DNA of 64,000 nt from Candidatus Dojkabacteria bacterium (GTDB taxonomy: Bacteria > Patescibacteriota > Dojkabacteria > SC72), in the NCBI GenBank assembly GCA_050950165.1, contig JBMNHC010000001.1, forward strand, positions 529,073-593,072. The letters are read 5' to 3'. Position 1 is the stretch's first letter. Each line of letters begins with the position of its first letter. Shown in pieces: positions 38,812 through 48,970 of this stretch. A program made the translations under genes and the position numbers. The notes under the pieces were generated by a model, which had not been told where the DNA came from, searched no databases, and saw nothing but the letters and a program-made list of their open reading frames with translations.

Positions 38812-39457
38812 GGAAGCTACACAGACACAAAATATAAAGCAAGAAACAAAGCAGGCAGAGGCTCCTCCTGTTGTGAAGCAACCTGCACCTACTCCTGATA
38901 TCTCAGAGGGTTTTAACTTAATTCCTGCTATGTCACAGGAAGAGAAAGTTATCGAAAAGACTAAAAGCACAGTTAGTATTGGATCAGTAATTAGTCTAAT
39001 TGTTCTTGTTGTTATCTCTTTAGTTATAGTAGGTTTTAATATCCTATCTAAAGAGATATTAAATAGTAGGAATAAACAGTTATTTGCTGCTGAAAACAGA
39101 GTTAATCAACAGATAGATAAATTATCTGCAAATGAAGATATTGTAGATAGGGCTGTGTTGTACAACAATGTTAAAAAAGGAGCATTCTCGCATAGAAAGA
39201 TTATAGAGTTTTTTTCTAGAATGGGAACAAAGATAGGAGATATTAATATAAAGAGTGTAATGATATCCGAACAACTACAATTTACATACGCAGGAAGTAC
39301 CTCTAGTTTAGAAAATCTATCTAAGCTTTGGTATGTACTAGGAATAGATGAGAATATTGAAACTATTAACTTACAATCTGTTAGTAAGAATCCAAATGGG
39401 GTTAACTTTACATTCGATGGTAAACTTAATGGAAAAAGTTTTTATAATCAACAATAA
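38804..39457 (+). CDS. pilN: type IV pilus assembly protein PilN
   Basis: 217 aa; conserved N-terminal FNLIP (INLLP-type) motif, single TM, coiled-coil periplasmic part; overlaps the pilM stop. Confidence 0.65.
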   Translation: MNKEATQTQNIKQETKQAEAPPVVKQPAPTPDISEGFNLIPAMSQEEKVIEKTKSTVSIGSVISLIVLVVISLVIVGFNILSKEILNSRNKQLFAAENRVNQQIDKLSANEDIVDRAVLYNNVKKGAFSHRKIIEFFSRMGTKIGDINIKSVMISEQLQFTYAGSTSSLENLSKLWYVLGIDENIETINLQSVSKNPNGVNFTFDGKLNGKSFYNQQ

Positions 39458-40155
39458 TGGCATTAATAACAAAGAGTAAACAACAAACAAGTGAAGAAGT
39501 AGCAGCAATCAGTGAGAAGATAAAGGGTTCTAAAATAAAGTTCACGGACCTTTTAATTCCTATTATTGTATTCATTGTTCTTATCTTTTTATCTGTATTT
39601 GTTTTTGTTCCTATGATTAACTCTGCTTTAGACTATCAGAAGGGTATTAAAGAGAGTAATAAGAGGATAGATCAGATGGTAGAATTAAATCAGAAACTAA
39701 ATACTTTAGATGATACTCAGCTAAGTGAAGATGTTATATTAGCTAAGAGTATTATACCCAAGGTATTAAAAGTTTCAGATTTTATCTTTTATATAGATAC
39801 ATTAGCTAGAGAAAAGAGTTTGGAAATTAGGGAGTTTTCTGCAGGAGATATGGGAGGAAAGGTTGCTCAAGATGTTAGTGGAGCTGGAGTATCTGGCCCT
39901 ATTTCATATCAAGGTGAATATACAAATGTAGTATCTTTTCTAGATGAGATTCAGGATATCTCTCCATATATTATTAGATTACAAAATGTAGAGGTAGCTG
40001 CACTTTCAACGGGGATGTGGAGTATATCGCTAAATATTAGTGGATACTATATGGCAGATAGAACAGGAACATTGGATATATACAAGCCATTTAAGGCATA
40101 TACAGAGTATGACACCGTATTAGAAGTATTTAGAGAGAAGAGCGAGAATCTTTAG
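39457..40155 (+). CDS. pilO: type IV pilus assembly protein PilO-like
   Basis: 232 aa; single TM followed by a coiled-coil and ferredoxin-like region; start overlaps the pilN stop. Confidence 0.55.
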   Translation: MALITKSKQQTSEEVAAISEKIKGSKIKFTDLLIPIIVFIVLIFLSVFVFVPMINSALDYQKGIKESNKRIDQMVELNQKLNTLDDTQLSEDVILAKSIIPKVLKVSDFIFYIDTLAREKSLEIREFSAGDMGGKVAQDVSGAGVSGPISYQGEYTNVVSFLDEIQDISPYIIRLQNVEVAALSTGMWSISLNISGYYMADRTGTLDIYKPFKAYTEYDTVLEVFREKSENL

Positions 40156-40478
40156 ATCTCGTCTTCAAGCATATCTTCATTTTCACTACTTTTTTCAGTT
40201 CTATCATCTTTTAACAATACCCTAACTCTCTTATTATTTCTTATTGCACTTATAGTTATAATATCTCTGATAGAGTTAATAGTTCTTCCTTTTCTTCCAA
40301 TAACGACCCCCTTATCTTCCTCGTTTACATCGATGGTAAGAATTGTTAGTCCTGGGAAATCAACACTCTCTTTCTCATCTACGCTTACCTCATCAGGATG
40401 ATTAACTATTCCTTTAATAATATGAACCAATAGCTCTTTCATTTTTATCGGTTTTGAATTTAAAATATCTTTGAGCAA
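40152..40478 (-). CDS. KH-domain RNA-binding protein (KhpA/YlqC-like)
   Basis: 108 aa; GVVIGRKGRTINSIRDI KH GxxG motif; conserved position downstream of rpsP. Confidence 0.8.
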   Translation of the reverse strand: MLKDILNSKPIKMKELLVHIIKGIVNHPDEVSVDEKESVDFPGLTILTIDVNEEDKGVVIGRKGRTINSIRDIITISAIRNNKRVRVLLKDDRTEKSSENEDMLEDEI

Positions 40479-40519
40479 ATTATACTCTCATACTAAAAAT
40501 TTTACCAGAACTATATAGA

Positions 40520-40550
40520 AAACAAAATAGGTCTACCAATGTAGACCCAA
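40520..40550 (-). terminator. hairpin (GGGTCTAC-ATTG-GTAGACC) plus T-run between rpsP and the KH gene; possible attenuator or terminator
   Basis: perfect 7-8 bp stem followed by TATTTTGTTTT on the minus strand. Confidence 0.4.
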
Positions 40551-40566
40551 AAGTAGAAATTTGTAA

Positions 40567-40866
40567 TTATTCTTCCTTAGTCTCTTTCTTTTTAGTACTA
40601 GGTTTTGTAGATCCTCTCTTTAGGGAAGCTAAGAGTCCTAGCTTAACTAAGTACTGAGCAACAGTATCTGAAGGTTGTGCTCCCCTTTCTAACCATTTCT
40701 TTGCTGCCTCTTTGTCGATATCAAAGATAGTAGGATTATTTCTAGGGTTATAGTACCCTATCTCTTCAATAGTTTTTCCATCTCTTGGACTATCAGAGTC
40801 CATAACTACAATTCTGTAGTGTGGTTGTCTTCTTTTTCCTGTTCTTTTTAATCTAATCTTTAACAT
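40567..40866 (-). CDS. rpsP: 30S ribosomal protein S16
   Basis: MLKIRLKRTGKRRQPHYRIVV...YNP...GAQPSDTV: full-length match to the S16 family. Confidence 0.95.
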   Translation of the reverse strand: MLKIRLKRTGKRRQPHYRIVVMDSDSPRDGKTIEEIGYYNPRNNPTIFDIDKEAAKKWLERGAQPSDTVAQYLVKLGLLASLKRGSTKPSTKKKETKEE

Positions 40867-40904
40867 AGCGTGTTATTTTAACAAAAGGTAAATTAATATT
40901 CAAG

Positions 40905-41618
40905 CTATTTATTGCTCTTTTCTATATATTCAATACCCTCTTTAGCAGCCTGCTCCTCTGCTCTCTGCTTACTACTACCAGTTCCATGCCCTATTACTTT
41001 ATTATCTATCTTTACTACAACTGTAAACTCTTTACTATGATCAGGCCCTATCTCTTTGACAACCTCATATGTAGGAGTAGATTTATATATGGATTGAACT
41101 AACTCTTGTATCTTAGTCTTACTATCTATATCTAATCTCTTCTCTACAATATCTTCAATCTTATGCAGTAGTGTCTTATGTACAAACTTTGTACAACTCT
41201 CATACCCAGAATCTAAGTATATTGCTCCTAGAATTGCTTCATATGTGTTTGCCAAAAGATAGTCTTTCTCTCTACCACCACTTTCTTCTTCTCCTTTAGA
41301 CATATTCATATATGTCCCTATTCCTAACCCTTTTGCTACCTCTGCTAAAGAATCTGTTTTAACTAATGCAGCTCTAAAGCTAGTTAACTCACCCTCTGCT
41401 CTATCTCGATATTTATCAAAAAGAAATACAGATACAATTAACTCTAGTACTGCATCTCCTAGAAACTCTAACCTCTCATTATGCTCTTTAACCTCTCTGT
41501 TTTCATTTATAAAGGATCTATGAGTTAGAGCTGTATTAAGTAACTCTTTATTTTTAAATTTTATATTCAAATTTTTTTCTAAACCCTCTATATTATTCAT
41601 CTTTCTTACTCTTTTCAT
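40905..41618 (-). CDS. rnc: ribonuclease III
   Basis: 237 aa; RNase III signature [13 protein letters not shown] and C-terminal dsRBD. Confidence 0.9.
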   Translation of the reverse strand: MKRVRKMNNIEGLEKNLNIKFKNKELLNTALTHRSFINENREVKEHNERLEFLGDAVLELIVSVFLFDKYRDRAEGELTSFRAALVKTDSLAEVAKGLGIGTYMNMSKGEEESGGREKDYLLANTYEAILGAIYLDSGYESCTKFVHKTLLHKIEDIVEKRLDIDSKTKIQELVQSIYKSTPTYEVVKEIGPDHSKEFTVVVKIDNKVIGHGTGSSKQRAEEQAAKEGIEYIEKSNK

Positions 41619-42030
41619 ATATTGCTCCTAATACACCATTTATAAATTTACTACTAGAGTCTCCTCCAAACTCTTTTGCTATCTCTATAGCTTCATCTAT
41701 TGCTACTTTAGGAGGTGTAAGCTGAGAGATAAATCCCTCAAAGATCGCTATACGAAGAATTTGTAAATCTACTAGCTTCATCTGAGATATTGGCCATTGA
41801 GGTGCAAACTCACGAATCATTGCATCTATACTCTCATGATTTTCTTTTACTCCATCTATTAAAGAAACATACAAATCCTCGTTATATTTCTCTATCTCAT
41901 CTAAGCTAGTAAGCTCTTCTACATTAAATTCTAATATACCCTCTGTATCATTATTAAAGTCTCGAGAAAAAAGAGTCTGTAGTGCTAATTTCCTAGATAG
42001 GTGTCTTGGATCAGTATGTTTCTTCATCAC
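41593..42030 (-). CDS. nusB: transcription antitermination factor NusB-like
   Basis: 145 aa; [14 protein letters not shown] and [29 protein letters not shown] match NusB conserved blocks. Confidence 0.7.
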   Translation of the reverse strand: MMKKHTDPRHLSRKLALQTLFSRDFNNDTEGILEFNVEELTSLDEIEKYNEDLYVSLIDGVKENHESIDAMIREFAPQWPISQMKLVDLQILRIAIFEGFISQLTPPKVAIDEAIEIAKEFGGDSSSKFINGVLGAIYEKSKKDE

Positions 42031-42039
42031 AGAAAATTC

Positions 42040-42222
42040 TTATTTATTTTTCTTTAAATCACTTCCATCTCCGTAGTAACCACAAAACCCACAAACAAAG
42101 TGAGGCCTTTTTGCTTTCTTACACTTAGGACATTTAGAAATCTGAGGTTTTGCTAATGCATCATTTGCTCTCCTTCTGTTCCTTCTTCCCTTAGAGATTT
42201 TTCTTTTTGGTAGTGCACCCAT
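42040..42222 (-). CDS. rpmF: 50S ribosomal protein L32
   Basis: 60 aa; ALPKRKISKGRRNRRR...CPKC...CGFCGYY zinc-ribbon L32. Confidence 0.9.
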   Translation of the reverse strand: MGALPKRKISKGRRNRRRANDALAKPQISKCPKCKKAKRPHFVCGFCGYYGDGSDLKKNK

Positions 42223-42287
42223 ATTTATCTTTTACTATATTTATAACTGTGTATTATATTTTAATATTCCAATCCTTGCAATACTTG

Positions 42288-45005
42288 CTATATTATCCAT
42301 CCCTCTTTAATCTCAATTTCTGAACCTGGATCTATCTGACCTTCTATCATCTCTTTTGCAATATTACCTTCTATATTTTCCTGTATATATCTCTTTATTG
42401 GTCTAGCACCAAAACCTGGTTGGTTTGCCTTATTTGCTATTAATTGAGGAATTACATTATTCCATGTTAAGGTAATACTCTTTTCTGAGAGTCTCTTTGC
42501 TAATTCCCTAAGTAGAATCTCTGATATCTGAGAGAGTTGATCTATATCATGAGGATGAAACACTATTACTTTATCAAATCTGTTTAATAGTTCTGGTTTA
42601 ATTGATTGCCTTAGTTCAATTAATGCCCTATCCTTTGCTTCATCCCAAGTTGTTTTGCTATCACTTAGTGAATCAAGAAGAATCTTACTCCCAATATTAC
42701 TTGTACACACAATTATACTGTGTGTAAAATCTACAACCTCTCCTAATGTACTTGTAAGTCTACCATCGTCAAACATCTGTAAGAACAGATCTAGTATCTG
42801 AGGATGAGCTTTCTCTATCTCATCAAAAAGAATTACTGAGTATGGATTAAGTTTAACTTTATCTATTAATGATACTGCACTTTGCTGTACTAAATCTCTC
42901 TGTCCACTCTCACCTAAGAACTTCTCTATACTAGAGATTTCTTGATATTCGGACATATCTATTCTAATCATCTCACTAACATCACCAAAGTACTCTTCTG
43001 CAACTACTTTTGCCAAATATGTTTTACCTACACCAGTAGGTCCCATGAAAAGAAATGCCCCTATCGGTCTGTTAGGATTTCTAATATCTGTGTGTGCTCT
43101 TCTAAGACTCTCTACTATGGCAAATACTGCATCATCTTGACCAATGACTTTCTCCTTTATATTCTTTTCCAACTGCATTAACTTAGTACTATCCTGAGCT
43201 TTAACTCCCGCTATTGCAAACCCTTTCTGATTAGAAAGTACCTTAGCAATATGCTCATCTGTTAGTACAGATACCCCACTACTTTGAGCCCATGAACATG
43301 CTGATTCTAGAAGTTGAACAGAACTACTAGGGAGTTTTTTCTCTTTAATATATCTTTGTGCTAGCTCAACAGTACTAATTAGAGCAGGTAGAGTGATATA
43401 TATACAGAAGTTTTTCTCTAGTTGATTAATTTTAGTCTCCAATATTACTAATGCATCAGCTGCAGAGATCTCTCTTACCTCAATATTGGTAAATGTTTGT
43501 CTAAGAGATTCTACACTGTAGAAATATTTTTTATAATCTGAGTGATTTACTGTTCCAATGATTGGAAACTTACTATTTAATATATATGGTAGTAATATAC
43601 CTGCTAGTGAATGTCCAGAATCTTGTGCCTTAGCAGGTACTAACTCTTGCATCTCATCAATGTAGAGTATTGCATCTGCAGCGTTCTCTAACTCTTTAAC
43701 TGCTTTAGCTACTAACTCTTCAACATTTCTTTCTTTTGATGCAAAAGCTATTAACCCATTAATATCCAACTGTAATATCCTTTTGTCTAGAATCTGAGTG
43801 GGTACCTCTCCCCTATTAATCTTTTGTGCAATACCTAGAATTAAACTAGACTTACCTACTCCCGGTTCACCAACTAAGAGAGCATTCTTGTTGGATACTT
43901 TCCCAAGTACCGATACTAGAGTCTCTATCTCTTGATCGTGTCCAATACCAAAGATATCGTCATATTTAGCAACATATTCATTTAAGTTTTTACTAAACTT
44001 ATCTAGTATGAAGGTATGTCCATATATCCAAGATTCAGCTATTCCCCCCTTTCTGTAATATGTAGTACTAAGATTAAAAGGATTAGTACTAATTCTTTTT
44101 TCAAATTCATATGAATGATATCTAACTACCTCTCTTAATATATCTATTGAAGAGTTCTGTGTAGTAAGGAATTTCTTTAGTGATGGAAAGACATTAAAAA
44201 GAGCCAAAAGCATATGCTCTGGCTTTATATCCCTAGAGAGGGTAAGTAGAGCCTCATTTAGAGAATATATTACAAGACTTCTAATTGAGGTAGAAGAATA
44301 TATTGGTAAGTTTTTACTATCTATTTCTGCTTCTTTAAGGTTTTCGCTATTAATTTCAATATTTGCTCTCTTAAAAATCTCTTTTGATTGAGTAAGAGTA
44401 ACAAGTTCTAAAAAGAAGTTATAAATATTAATCTCATTTCTATTAGTATGTGCACATATGATATCTAAAGAGGCATCATTTATGTAATTAATTGCTTCTA
44501 AGTGAGCATATCTTCCAAACTTGAATCCACCAGCCTTAATCTCTTCTAAATCACTAAGAGATATTTTCTCTGCTTTAGGGAGTCTAATTGGATGACTCTT
44601 GTCTTTGTAGTAGTCATACCAGAGGAAAAATACAGAGAAAATTGAAAGTCCAAAAAGAGTATCTGCTATACCACAGGAGAGAAAATCTACAACAATTTGT
44701 AAATTATTCAACAGCCCTATCTGTCGAAGTAGATATCCTAATGCAATTACAAGACCTGGAACAAGTAAGATATTAGATATTAGACGAAGGTTGTTATAGA
44801 AATTTTGATATTTAAGGTAATTAGTTAATACATTACTAATTTGAGGTGTAGAGATTGTAAAGAATTGGTCTCTTGTTAGAAGAAAGAGAGCTTCTGATTC
44901 CTTGGTCAGTATTGGTAATTCTTTTTGAACAACACCAAAAGTATTACTATCCTTAGCGTGATATCCAATCAATGTTCTATTTTGCCAACCGTAGTCTATA
45001 GCCAT
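42288..45005 (-). CDS. Clp/Hsp100-family double AAA+ ATPase (ClpC-like) with two predicted N-terminal transmembrane helices
   Basis: 905 aa; D1 Walker A (GEPGVGKSS), D2 Walker A (GPTGVGKTYLAK), sensor-2 GARPIKR; hydrophobic helices around aa 85-108 and 125-141 precede the Clp-N-like region; no obvious IGF-type ClpP-docking loop seen. Confidence 0.75.
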   Translation of the reverse strand: MAIDYGWQNRTLIGYHAKDSNTFGVVQKELPILTKESEALFLLTRDQFFTISTPQISNVLTNYLKYQNFYNNLRLISNILLVPGLVIALGYLLRQIGLLNNLQIVVDFLSCGIADTLFGLSIFSVFFLWYDYYKDKSHPIRLPKAEKISLSDLEEIKAGGFKFGRYAHLEAINYINDASLDIICAHTNRNEINIYNFFLELVTLTQSKEIFKRANIEINSENLKEAEIDSKNLPIYSSTSIRSLVIYSLNEALLTLSRDIKPEHMLLALFNVFPSLKKFLTTQNSSIDILREVVRYHSYEFEKRISTNPFNLSTTYYRKGGIAESWIYGHTFILDKFSKNLNEYVAKYDDIFGIGHDQEIETLVSVLGKVSNKNALLVGEPGVGKSSLILGIAQKINRGEVPTQILDKRILQLDINGLIAFASKERNVEELVAKAVKELENAADAILYIDEMQELVPAKAQDSGHSLAGILLPYILNSKFPIIGTVNHSDYKKYFYSVESLRQTFTNIEVREISAADALVILETKINQLEKNFCIYITLPALISTVELAQRYIKEKKLPSSSVQLLESACSWAQSSGVSVLTDEHIAKVLSNQKGFAIAGVKAQDSTKLMQLEKNIKEKVIGQDDAVFAIVESLRRAHTDIRNPNRPIGAFLFMGPTGVGKTYLAKVVAEEYFGDVSEMIRIDMSEYQEISSIEKFLGESGQRDLVQQSAVSLIDKVKLNPYSVILFDEIEKAHPQILDLFLQMFDDGRLTSTLGEVVDFTHSIIVCTSNIGSKILLDSLSDSKTTWDEAKDRALIELRQSIKPELLNRFDKVIVFHPHDIDQLSQISEILLRELAKRLSEKSITLTWNNVIPQLIANKANQPGFGARPIKRYIQENIEGNIAKEMIEGQIDPGSEIEIKEGWII

Positions 45006-45418
45006 TATGCTTTTATATTAAAAATAGAGGTAATGATAAATATTAGGACTACAGGAGGAAGAAGAAGCCAGATTATAATTAGTAGTAGATAGATTAAGTT
45101 ACATAATATGTATGCGATTATAGCGATAGGTAAATATATTATCTTTATTAATATCCCAAATGTATACCCAATGAATGAGAAGTCTCTGTGCCAAGGTAGG
45201 AAGAAATTTTTAAGTAGAAGTGATACAGAGAGATTATCATCTACAAAAGTAGATATTCTAGCTAACATTCTTAAGTGCCAAAGTGGCATTCTAATATACC
45301 ACCAGTAAAGGAAATCTTTAATTGTGTATGTAAAAATAAGGAAGAGATTATCAACTCCTTCCTCATTTAAAACTTTTTGTCCTCTCCTACTTGTTAATAT
45401 TTTTTTCTCTTCTTCCAT
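45005..45418 (-). CDS. small hypothetical membrane protein
   Basis: 137-aa ORF with C-terminal hydrophobic helices; start overlaps the clpC-like stop. Confidence 0.35.
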   Translation of the reverse strand: MEEEKKILTSRRGQKVLNEEGVDNLFLIFTYTIKDFLYWWYIRMPLWHLRMLARISTFVDDNLSVSLLLKNFFLPWHRDFSFIGYTFGILIKIIYLPIAIIAYILCNLIYLLLIIIWLLLPPVVLIFIITSIFNIKA

Positions 45419-45486
45419 GATATTGAGCAGTAATCACCCCCTAAGTTTATTGTAATTTACTCTTAAGTTCAAGATAGACTATAGTT

Positions 45487-46449
45487 TTGAACTTAGTTAA
45501 AATACTCAATATGAATATATATACTAAATTAGAAAAACCGATTATCTCACTTGCTCCTATGGAGGATGTTACTGATACAGTGTTTAGACAAGTAGTGTCT
45601 TCTTTAGGAAAGCCAGATCTCTTTTTTACAGAGTTTGTTAATGTAGAGGGGTTGAATAGTAAAGGTAGAGATATGGTTATTCATAGACTAAGGTATACAG
45701 AGAAGGAGAAACCGATAATTGCTCAGCTATGGGGAATAGAGGCAGAGAACTTTTTTAAGAGTGCACAGCTAGTAAGAGAGATGGGTTTTGATGGTGTAGA
45801 TATTAATATGGGTTGTTCTGTAAAGAATGTAGTTAAGAGTAGTGCAGGTAGTGGTTTGATTAATCAAGACAGAAAATTGGTAGAGGGGATAATAGAGGCT
45901 ACTAAGCAGGGTGCTAAGGGTCTTCCTGTTTCTGCTAAAACAAGATTAGGTTTTAATAGTTTGGATATGGGTTGGATAGAGTTTTTACTTAAACAGAATC
46001 TCTCTTTAGTTACAATAAATATGAGAATGGCAAGGGGAGAGAAATCTTTAAGAGCAGATTGGTCATATATGAGAGATATATTAAAGTTAAGAGACTCTAT
46101 TTCTCCTTCTACCTTAATTTTTGGTAATGGTGATATTAAGAATTTAGAGGAGGCAAAAGATAGGGTTAGAGAGTATGGTGTAGATGGTGTAATGATTGGT
46201 AGGGCATCAATATCCAATCCTTGGGTATTTTCATCTAGATTGGATATTTCAAAGGAGGAGAAGATAGAGGTATTAAAATATCATTTAACACTTTTTGAAG
46301 AGAGTTGGGGTAATGAGAAAGATTTTAATAGTTTAAAGAAATTTTTTAAGGGATATATTAATAATTATAAAGGGGCTAGTAAATTAAGAGCTAAGTTAAT
46401 GGAAACAAGGTCAGCAAAAGAGGTAAGAGAGATTCTATCAGTAGTATAG
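45487..46449 (+). CDS. dus: tRNA-dihydrouridine synthase
   Basis: 320 aa; ISLAPMEDVTDTVFRQ and GFDGVDINMGCSVKNV (Dus FMN-binding TIM barrel, catalytic Cys). Confidence 0.85.
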   Translation: MNLVKILNMNIYTKLEKPIISLAPMEDVTDTVFRQVVSSLGKPDLFFTEFVNVEGLNSKGRDMVIHRLRYTEKEKPIIAQLWGIEAENFFKSAQLVREMGFDGVDINMGCSVKNVVKSSAGSGLINQDRKLVEGIIEATKQGAKGLPVSAKTRLGFNSLDMGWIEFLLKQNLSLVTINMRMARGEKSLRADWSYMRDILKLRDSISPSTLIFGNGDIKNLEEAKDRVREYGVDGVMIGRASISNPWVFSSRLDISKEEKIEVLKYHLTLFEESWGNEKDFNSLKKFFKGYINNYKGASKLRAKLMETRSAKEVREILSVV

Positions 46450-46476
46450 TAGTTAGTGTATAAATGGTACAAGTCC

Positions 46477-46508
46477 ATCTTCTTGAGAGAGTATCTCTCT
46501 CGCAAGTC
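46477..46508. terminator. long imperfect hairpin (CTTGAGAGAG-TAT-CTCTCTCGCAAG) between the convergent dus and SDR genes
   Basis: inverted repeat in a 98-bp convergent intergenic region; could terminate in both directions. Confidence 0.35.
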
Positions 46509-46547
46509 GCTACTTCACTATGTTATTAAAGTAACAAGATGGAAGCC

Positions 46548-47282
46548 TTAGACACTCTCCTCCTCTAATAGTAATGTAGGATCTTGGTTGGTATATCCTC
46601 CATCAATGATTATCACTTGTCCATTAATGTATTCTGATTCAGGTTTAAGAAGAAAAGTTATTAGATTAGAGATATCTTTTGGTTCAGCAATTCTGCCTTG
46701 TGGATTTAAATCCTCCACTTTTGACAAAAAATCATCTCCAATATCATCAATCATTTTCGTTTTAACCCATCCAGGAGCAATTGCATTGACAGAAATCTTT
46801 TTATCTTCAAATAACAGGCTAAAGGACTTTACTAGAGAATTTACACCAGCCTTACTTGCTGCATAGCTTGCAGTTATTGATCCTCCAAACATAGCGTCTG
46901 TTGAGCTAATCATAATGAATCTACCTCGTTCTTCGATAGTATCTTCAAAGTATTTGGCTAAGATATAATTAGATGTTAAGTTTACTGCTATTGTTTTATT
47001 CCAAACCTCTAAATCTTCCTCTATACTTTTATCTTCATATTCAACTATCCCAGCACAATTTACAATTGCGTAGAGACTAGTATCCATAGATTTAATTTCA
47101 TTTACAAAATTTTGTATAGATTCTTTGTTTAAAAGGTTTAAGTTGATACTCTTTACATCAGGATTGTCTATTGGAACATTATGGTAAGTTCCTATTACAG
47201 AATATCCTTCATTTATTAAATCTTCGACAACTTGAGCACCTATACCACCAGATGCACCAATTACTAATACTGTTTTATTCAT
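46548..47282 (-). CDS. short-chain dehydrogenase/reductase (FabG-like)
   Basis: 244 aa; TVLVIGASGGIG Rossmann motif, NCAG, catalytic S...YAASK triad, IAPGWVKT. Confidence 0.85.
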   Translation of the reverse strand: MNKTVLVIGASGGIGAQVVEDLINEGYSVIGTYHNVPIDNPDVKSINLNLLNKESIQNFVNEIKSMDTSLYAIVNCAGIVEYEDKSIEEDLEVWNKTIAVNLTSNYILAKYFEDTIEERGRFIMISSTDAMFGGSITASYAASKAGVNSLVKSFSLLFEDKKISVNAIAPGWVKTKMIDDIGDDFLSKVEDLNPQGRIAEPKDISNLITFLLKPESEYINGQVIIIDGGYTNQDPTLLLEEESV

Positions 47283-47342
47283 ATGTTCTCCTAATTAATT
47301 TATATGTATCGTGACCTATTTAGATGATAATATACACTTTTA

Positions 47343-48089
47343 TTAAATTTGTGAATAGAAATCATAAAAATATCCTATTTCACATCTGGGAAATAGTTCT
47401 ACCAATTCAAATACATTTTGTAAATCTTCATCTGTTTTACATTTCTCTAACCTTTCTAAAAATCTCTCTGCTCTCTCTTGATTTATCTCCCATTCTGAAT
47501 TAATAAATTGACCCCATATGACAAGCATTTGAGGTTTAGGATGAATAGATTTCATATTATTTGTATATTCCTTTGGAAAAAGTCTTCTGTAGGATTCTAG
47601 ATTGTATAACCAACTTCCTCCTTGAACATATTTAGTATTAGGATGGTTTCTCTTAACATCTTCAAAAAGTTTCTTTAGCTCTTTCAATCTATTCTCTTTT
47701 TGACTTGATGAAAGAGGTCCCTCTGAACTAGTCCTATCATTAAGGAAATGCATTTTTACAATACCATTACCATCTTCATCTTCAACAAATCTATATCTAA
47801 AACATCCAAACCATTTATGTTTGCTATACTCCTCATAATTACTTGTATACATATTGTATATTAACTCAACCAAATCTTCTCCCTTTTCATATCTTTTAAT
47901 AAACTCTTTCCAGTATATAGATTCTTCCTTAAATTCCCAATCATGGTTACCGATAAGATAGTATGTGGGGGTATAATTCTTTATTGTTTCAATTAGATCT
48001 AATCCAGATATTTCGGATTTCTTTTTAGCATATTCAATAATTAATGAGAATAGTTCTTTTGGATATTCTTCTTTTCTAATCATTAACAA
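47343..48089 (-). CDS. hypothetical protein with partial metallophosphoesterase-like GNHD/E motif
   Basis: 248 aa; YYLIGNHDWEF resembles calcineurin-like phosphoesterase motif III but upstream DxH/GDxxDR motifs are absent; function unclear. Confidence 0.4.
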   Translation of the reverse strand: MLMIRKEEYPKELFSLIIEYAKKKSEISGLDLIETIKNYTPTYYLIGNHDWEFKEESIYWKEFIKRYEKGEDLVELIYNMYTSNYEEYSKHKWFGCFRYRFVEDEDGNGIVKMHFLNDRTSSEGPLSSSQKENRLKELKKLFEDVKRNHPNTKYVQGGSWLYNLESYRRLFPKEYTNNMKSIHPKPQMLVIWGQFINSEWEINQERAERFLERLEKCKTDEDLQNVFELVELFPRCEIGYFYDFYSQI

Positions 48090-48268
48090 AAATTATATCA
48101 TAAGGAGTATGCTTTCGAGTATGAATTCCAGTACCAAAATCTATATCTAAAGGTGGTCCAAAGATTAAGATTCGTAGCTATAATAGAGGAAAAACTTGCC
48201 TAGGATGAATAGTAGATTGCGTTTTTAGAAATGAGATTTAAAAATATTGTTACTTTTCTTCTATCAAT

Positions 48269-48886
48269 CTAGAAATTACCCCACTCTCTCATATTATCAG
48301 ATATTCCAATTATTACAGAGATCTGTTTAGGGAGTATTTCTTTATTTAATGCATATACTGTTAATCTTAAGTGTCCTTCCAAAACAACAAACTTCTTTTT
48401 GTCTGAGACAAGAATAATCTCATCAAACAGTCTATTCTTTTTTAAATATTCTGAAGCTTCTAGGAGGTTCTCATAGGAGATATTGAAAACTTTATCATTT
48501 TTCTGAATTTTTTCTATGGCATCTTTAGGTAGCCTAGAACCGTTTGTTAGCTCTATCCAATAATCGTAATTAATGTAAAAGACTTTATTTAAGAGAAATT
48601 CTCTTGATACATATGTCCTATACCATTTTATGTCCTTTGGAAATCCCTCAAAAAGTCCTTTTCTAGAAGAATAGCCTCTTGTTTCCTCAAGGATATCTAT
48701 TCTTAATTTATTCTCTTGTGGATTATCTATCTTTGGATTTTGAATTATAGAAATGGTGGTATTGACTTTTTTAAGAGCTTTTTCAATATCTTTTGAGAAT
48801 CTCTTTGATTTAAGTTCACCTTTTAGAAATATACTTACTACTTCATCTTCAGAGATAGGTTTGAGATTTTGTTTTAATATGTTCAT
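48269..48886 (-). CDS. hypothetical protein
   Basis: 205-aa ORF, no recognisable motif; part of a three-gene block of unknowns adjacent to tRNA-Val. Confidence 0.4.
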   Translation of the reverse strand: MNILKQNLKPISEDEVVSIFLKGELKSKRFSKDIEKALKKVNTTISIIQNPKIDNPQENKLRIDILEETRGYSSRKGLFEGFPKDIKWYRTYVSREFLLNKVFYINYDYWIELTNGSRLPKDAIEKIQKNDKVFNISYENLLEASEYLKKNRLFDEIILVSDKKKFVVLEGHLRLTVYALNKEILPKQISVIIGISDNMREWGNF

Positions 48887-48970
48887 AGTAAAGTATACAG
48901 GAAAATTGTAATGGTGCGTGATACTTTCATGTATAGAACTTAGGAAATATATCGTTTTATTCCCTCTCTT

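Noticed and set aside
46449-46547. Possible small RNA or tRNA-like element in the dus/SDR convergent intergenic region
   Set aside because: No cloverleaf could be drawn (no T-loop GTTCRANYC, no acceptor pairing). The inverted repeat is better explained as a bidirectional terminator hairpin.
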